From positions 80,326-144,325 of the forward strand of contig JAZROZ010000027.1 in the NCBI GenBank assembly GCA_045648985.1: a DNA stretch of 64,000 bases. Reading direction: 5' to 3'. This DNA is from Clostridia bacterium (lineage in GTDB: Bacteria; Bacillota; Clostridia; UBA1381; UBA9506). Every line of letters begins with the position of its first letter. Positions within the stretch are counted from its first letter, which is position 1. Of this stretch, positions 60,008-64,000 are shown piece by piece. The position numbers were made by a program, and so were the translations under genes. The notes under the pieces were generated by a model. That model worked only from the letters and a program-made list of their open reading frames with translations, was not told where the DNA came from and did not search any database.

Positions 60008-60655
60008 TTACCATATAAGCATTACAATCATTGCAATACAGATGATTATAAATATTGAACATAAGGCAGTGCCAAGATTTACAAATTTGTGCTTAGCAGT
60101 CTGCGAGCTTTCAGATTGCGGGATGAGATTTGCCTTTCTAAGTGCTCTTACGACAGGCTTATATATTAAAAGAGTGAGTGCTGCATTAAGTGTTCCTTTG
60201 ATGAGGTTAAACGGCAAAAATATCGGAATCAGCATTTGTGCTACCGCTTCTTTTGTCGTTTCAAGGTAAAGCGGAGTTATATAGTAATTCCACAAAAGCA
60301 TAACAGCAGTCATAAAAATGCATCCTGTCACCAAGGCTATAATTGCACCTGAAAGTGTGCGCTTTTTTCTGTAAATCAAAGAAGCGGTGCAGACAAAAGC
60401 ACAAGTAGAAACGACATTCATAATAAGACCGTAAAAGCCTGTTCCGCTTGCAGTAAACATTTCAACAAGGGAAACAACGGCGGAAATAATTACACTTGAT
60501 AACGGTCCGTAAATAAATCCGCCGATTGTGATAATGACGTCTTTAGGGTCATATTTTAAAAACATTACCATAGGGATTCTTCCAACGTACATCACAACGT
60601 ACGAAAGTGCGCAAAGCATCGCGATAGCAGTTAGTTTTTTTGTTTTTGAATTCAT
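60008..60655 (-). CDS. ribU: ECF transporter S component, riboflavin-specific (RibU-type) by riboswitch association
   Basis: ATG 60655 is 9 nt after GGAGG. Six-TM protein of ~215 aa, immediately downstream of an FMN riboswitch. Confidence 0.8.
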   Translation of the reverse strand: MNSKTKKLTAIAMLCALSYVVMYVGRIPMVMFLKYDPKDVIITIGGFIYGPLSSVIISAVVSLVEMFTASGTGFYGLIMNVVSTCAFVCTASLIYRKKRTLSGAIIALVTGCIFMTAVMLLWNYYITPLYLETTKEAVAQMLIPIFLPFNLIKGTLNAALTLLIYKPVVRALRKANLIPQSESSQTAKHKFVNLGTALCSIFIIICIAMIVMLIW

Positions 60656-60679
60656 AATATTTACCTCCAAAATTCCACT

Positions 60680-60710
60680 AAAAAAGCACCGAAGAAAATT
60701 CTCCGGTGCT
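60680..60710 (-). terminator. Riboswitch expression-platform terminator (attenuator)
   Basis: On the - strand: AGCACCGGAGAATTTTCTTCGGTGCT followed by TTTTTT, between the aptamer and the ribU SD. Confidence 0.8.
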
Positions 60711-60737
60711 AAAAAAGCTCAAAAAGCTAAAAATAGT

Positions 60738-60856
60738 TTTTCTTCTTTCATCCAGACTTTACTGTCGGTATTGGAATTTAACCAATTCGTGCACCGTAGT
60801 GCTTGCGGACTTTACCGCCGATCGGGAATTTCACCCTGCCCCGAAGATTTCGATAT
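60738..60856 (-). promoter_or_regulatory. FMN riboswitch (RFN element) aptamer
   Basis: The - strand reads CTTCGGGGCAGGGTGAAATTCCCGATCGGCGGTAAAGTCCGCAAGC...CCGACAGTAAAGTCTGGATGAAAGAAG, a near-exact match to the conserved RFN core. Confidence 0.93.
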
Positions 60857-60869
60857 TCTGTTTTATTAT

Positions 60870-60898
60870 ATTATATGTGATTGATTTTATAATGTCAA
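60870..60898 (-). promoter_or_regulatory. Consensus sigma-A promoter driving the FMN riboswitch and ribU
   Basis: On the - strand: TTGACA, 17 nt, TATAAT. Confidence 0.7.
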
Positions 60899-60900
60899 TA

Positions 60901-62727
60901 TTAATTATTTAAAAGGTTAGCAAAAAAGCCGCCCTCTATAGCTGCAAGCTCGTCATATGTGCCCTCTTCTATGATTATGCCCTGGTCAAACACCATAATT
61001 CTGTCAACGTTTTTGATTGTGGAAAGACGATGCGCAACAATTAAAACGGTGTGAGTTTTCATTAAAGTTTCCATAGCTTCCTGAATATGACGTTCTGAGA
61101 TGTTATCTAAAGCTGAAGTAGCTTCGTCAAAGATTAAAATATCCGGCTTGCCCAGCACCGCACGTGCAATAGCTATACGTTGTTTCTGACCGCCTGAAAG
61201 ATTTAATCCGCCGTCACCAATTACGGTATTCCAGCCTTTTGGCAGCTCATTTACAAACTCGTGAACGTGGGCGATTTCCATAGCGTTTATAATATCTATG
61301 TTTTCGCAGTCGGGACGTGCAATCCTGATATTATCCATAATTGTTCCCTGAAAAATAAACGGTTGCTGCGGAACGACACCAAATGTCATACGCAGGTCGC
61401 GAAGAGAATAATCCTTTACATTTCTGCCGTGTATTTTAACTTCGCCATTCTGGACATCATAAAGACGCATTATGAGCTTTGTAAATGTGGATTTGCCGCT
61501 TCCTGACGAGCCTACAAGTCCAATACTTTCGTTATATCCAATAGAGCATGAAAGGTCTTTATAGACAGGTGTATCTGCATAGGCAAATTCTACATTATTG
61601 AATTCTATACAAGGCTTATTTTTTCTTTGTGTTGCATTTTTTTCAACAGTTGTATCTCTCTTCTTTTCCTCTGCAACCTCAGGAGTAGAAGATTCAACAT
61701 TTAAGACATCCATAACTTTCCTGAGTCCTGAATCTGCACTTTGCTTTACCAAGCTGAGATTAAGCCATGCAGTAAGTGTTGAAAGAATGATTGACATACT
61801 CGATATAAATGCAAAGAGTGTACCTGTTGAAACATCTCTGTATATACAGGAAAGTGCACCGATAAAGTATATAAGTGCCGTTCCTACAAAGTTTGTAATT
61901 TCGGGCATTACACCCTCTTTATACTGTGAAAAAGCAAGGCGCACACCTTCTGTTTTTATAGTATGAACATAGTCTTTAAAGGTATGATATACGTTATCTT
62001 CTATGGCATAGAGCTTAACTGCGTCCATTCCGTGAAGGATATTTGTTATGTATTTACTTGCTTTGGCTTCTGTTTTGATATATTCACGCGAAATTCTGCG
62101 CATCTTTTTACGTGACAGCCAGTTAAATACAACCATAACTATAGCGGTAAGCAGCAATACAAGTGTTAAAAGCCAGTCATACGAAAATAAAGCGACGAGT
62201 GATATGGCAAATGAAACACTGTGATAGGGAACATTTAAAATCATTTGCGAAAGATACGTTCTTATGTTTGCTATCGGAGAGCCCATCAAAGAGTTATAAA
62301 GCTCGCCTGCCGAGATGTTTTCATAAAAACGCATACACAGATGCTCAACGTGATAAAAAAAGCTTGAGCGGATTTTGAAAATTACACCCTCAAGTATTTT
62401 CAAAGAAAGGTTATATCCCAAAGCCCAGAAGCCTACACGAAGCAGTGAAAGAATAACATAGATTATACAAAAGCTTCCGACGATGCTTAGGCGTACGTCA
62501 TTTGTCTTGTCAAAAGCAGAGATTCCTTCATCGACGATATATCTGATTACAAGCGGCTGAAAAGCACAGACAACACCTGTTAAAGCGGCAGCAATAACTG
62601 CTATAACGACACGTTTGTATTCACCCGTTGCAAAGCCTGAAATTATCTTCCAGAAGGCAATCTTTTTTTCTTCTTCATTTACAAATTCTCGGGGGTTTGT
62701 CTTAATGCAGGATTTGTTTTTCTTCAT
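60901..62727 (-). CDS. ABC transporter, fused permease/ATP-binding half-transporter (exporter type)
   Basis: Six N-terminal TM helices, Walker A GSSGSGKST, signature LSGGQKQR, ILIFDEATSALD. Confidence 0.85.
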   Translation of the reverse strand: MKKNKSCIKTNPREFVNEEEKKIAFWKIISGFATGEYKRVVIAVIAAALTGVVCAFQPLVIRYIVDEGISAFDKTNDVRLSIVGSFCIIYVILSLLRVGFWALGYNLSLKILEGVIFKIRSSFFYHVEHLCMRFYENISAGELYNSLMGSPIANIRTYLSQMILNVPYHSVSFAISLVALFSYDWLLTLVLLLTAIVMVVFNWLSRKKMRRISREYIKTEAKASKYITNILHGMDAVKLYAIEDNVYHTFKDYVHTIKTEGVRLAFSQYKEGVMPEITNFVGTALIYFIGALSCIYRDVSTGTLFAFISSMSIILSTLTAWLNLSLVKQSADSGLRKVMDVLNVESSTPEVAEEKKRDTTVEKNATQRKNKPCIEFNNVEFAYADTPVYKDLSCSIGYNESIGLVGSSGSGKSTFTKLIMRLYDVQNGEVKIHGRNVKDYSLRDLRMTFGVVPQQPFIFQGTIMDNIRIARPDCENIDIINAMEIAHVHEFVNELPKGWNTVIGDGGLNLSGGQKQRIAIARAVLGKPDILIFDEATSALDNISERHIQEAMETLMKTHTVLIVAHRLSTIKNVDRIMVFDQGIIIEEGTYDELAAIEGGFFANLLNN

Positions 62728-62942
62728 AACGCAAACGTCCTTCCTTAAAATTCTAGAAGACCTGTTTTGTCTGTATTATATTATCTTTTAAAATTGTTGT
62801 CAACACTATTTGGAAGAAAGAATATTAAAAGTTTATTACATATAAAAATTGAATTTTTTTGAAAATTTTAGAAAAAAACACTTTACAAGCGGCAAATTTT
62901 GTAGTAGTGTAATATAGGTAGGAAAAAATGAGGGGTGTCGTA

Positions 62943-64000
62943 ATGACGGACATAAAACTGTGGCTATGGCTCACACTCGCAAAAGGGATATCAAGCAGAA
63001 AAATATCAGCATTATTTGAAAAGTTTGATTCTGTAGGTGAGATATATAAAGCAGAAAAAGAAGACTTTGCGGGAATTTTCGGTATATCAAAAAGGGATGC
63101 ACAAACACTTACTGATAAAAGCCTTAATAAAGCAGAAGCAGTTATAGAAGTGTGTAAAGCAAAGGGAATACGTATTTTAACATTTGACAGCCCGCTTTAT
63201 CCGCAAAATCTTGCTCATATTTATGACCCGCCCTACGTATTATATGTAAGAAGTAAGGAAAGATTAGATTTAAATAAACACCTGTGTATGTCTGTTATTG
63301 GTAACAGAGAAATAACGGACTACGGCAGAGCAGTAACAAGGAAAATATCAGGAGATTTAGCAAAAGAAGGTGTAACTGTTGTCAGCGGTATGGCTCGTGG
63401 TGCTGACGGAGAGGCACACGCAGCGGCTTTAAGAGCAGGTGCTAAGACTATTGCCGTTTTAGGCTGTGGCGCAGATATCTGCTATCCTTTTGAGCATAAA
63501 AGCTTGATGAATGAAATTATAAATAACGGAATGGTTATTTCCGAATTTTCGCCCGGAACTCCTCCTTTGCCGGGAAATTTCCCTAAACGAAACAGAATCA
63601 TAAGCGGACTTTCTGTTGCTACCATAGTGACAGAAGCGGCAAACCCGAGCGGAACTCTAATTACAGCCTCGATTGCCTTAGAGCAGAACAGAGAGGTTTT
63701 TGCAGTTCCAGGCAATATTACAAGTAAGCACTCTGAAGCCTGCAATAAGCTGATAGGAAGTGACGGAGCTAAAGCCGTTATGAGTGCTGAGGATATATTG
63801 AAAAATTTTAGAGAATGTTATGCTGAATTGCTCAAAACCAATAAGCCGCAAATGAAAGAAGAAACGGAAGAAAGAAGTAAGCAAGAGATTCTTCCATTAA
63901 ATGATATGTATAAAGAATTGCCCGAAACTGATAGGCTCATAATTAAAAATATGTCAGTCGTTCCAATTCATATTGATGAACTTGCTAAAAAAACAAAAAT
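62943..64000 (+). CDS. dprA: DNA-processing protein DprA (Smf), 3' end beyond the window; not in the ORF track
   Basis: ATG 62943 follows GAGGGG. The frame is open to the window end. ..VVSGMARGADGEAHAAAL.., LGCGADICYP, NFPKRNRIISGLS, FAVPGNI. Confidence 0.9.
   Translation, partial: MTDIKLWLWLTLAKGISSRKISALFEKFDSVGEIYKAEKEDFAGIFGISKRDAQTLTDKSLNKAEAVIEVCKAKGIRILTFDSPLYPQNLAHIYDPPYVLYVRSKERLDLNKHLCMSVIGNREITDYGRAVTRKISGDLAKEGVTVVSGMARGADGEAHAAALRAGAKTIAVLGCGADICYPFEHKSLMNEIINNGMVISEFSPGTPPLPGNFPKRNRIISGLSVATIVTEAANPSGTLITASIALEQNREVFAVPGNITSKHSEACNKLIGSDGAKAVMSAEDILKNFRECYAELLKTNKPQMKEETEERSKQEILPLNDMYKELPETDRLIIKNMSVVPIHIDELAKKTK

Overview
AT-rich chromosomal segment from an endospore-forming, S-layer-bearing Firmicute (class Clostridia by gene content; I cannot name the species). 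It is almost entirely core housekeeping. On the + strand: htpG (5' partial), mutS, efp, glgCD, the glycolytic operon pgk-tpiA-gpmI-eno, the complete spoIIIAA-AH sporulation operon, a 987-aa SLH-domain S-layer protein, an MBL-fold hydrolase, rlmH, and dprA (3' partial, absent from the ORF track). On the - strand: groES-groEL with a textbook CIRCE operator, cardiolipin synthase, a type III glutamine synthetase, and aroQ-comFC. A long - strand block reads GT2, gtrA-like, pyrH, frr, uppS, cdsA, dxr, rseP, mutL, miaA, recD2, O-methyltransferase, pth. An FMN riboswitch controls an ECF riboflavin S-component. I found no rRNA, tRNA, CRISPR array, transposase, integrase, phage genes or recognisable defence or toxin-antitoxin cassette, and I cannot point to a novel multi-gene system. 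The unexplained signal is non-coding: several families of small, highly structured palindromic or TIR-bounded elements in intergenic DNA. These are a 275-nt TIR-flanked insert splitting the spoIIIA operon, a three-copy long-hairpin family showing one compensatory base-pair change, a two-copy ~90-110-nt element, and a nested inverted-repeat element after the S-layer gene. Further oddities: an A9 homopolymer that disconnects a CBM9-like gene from its SD and ATG, an acidic protein with a (Cys-Asp)n run next to efp, a cluster of DnaA-box-like 9-mers upstream of pyrH, and an orphan Na+-decarboxylase beta subunit with an unannotated 40-codon OadG-like ORF. All calls rest on reading the sequence and recalled family motifs; no searches were run.
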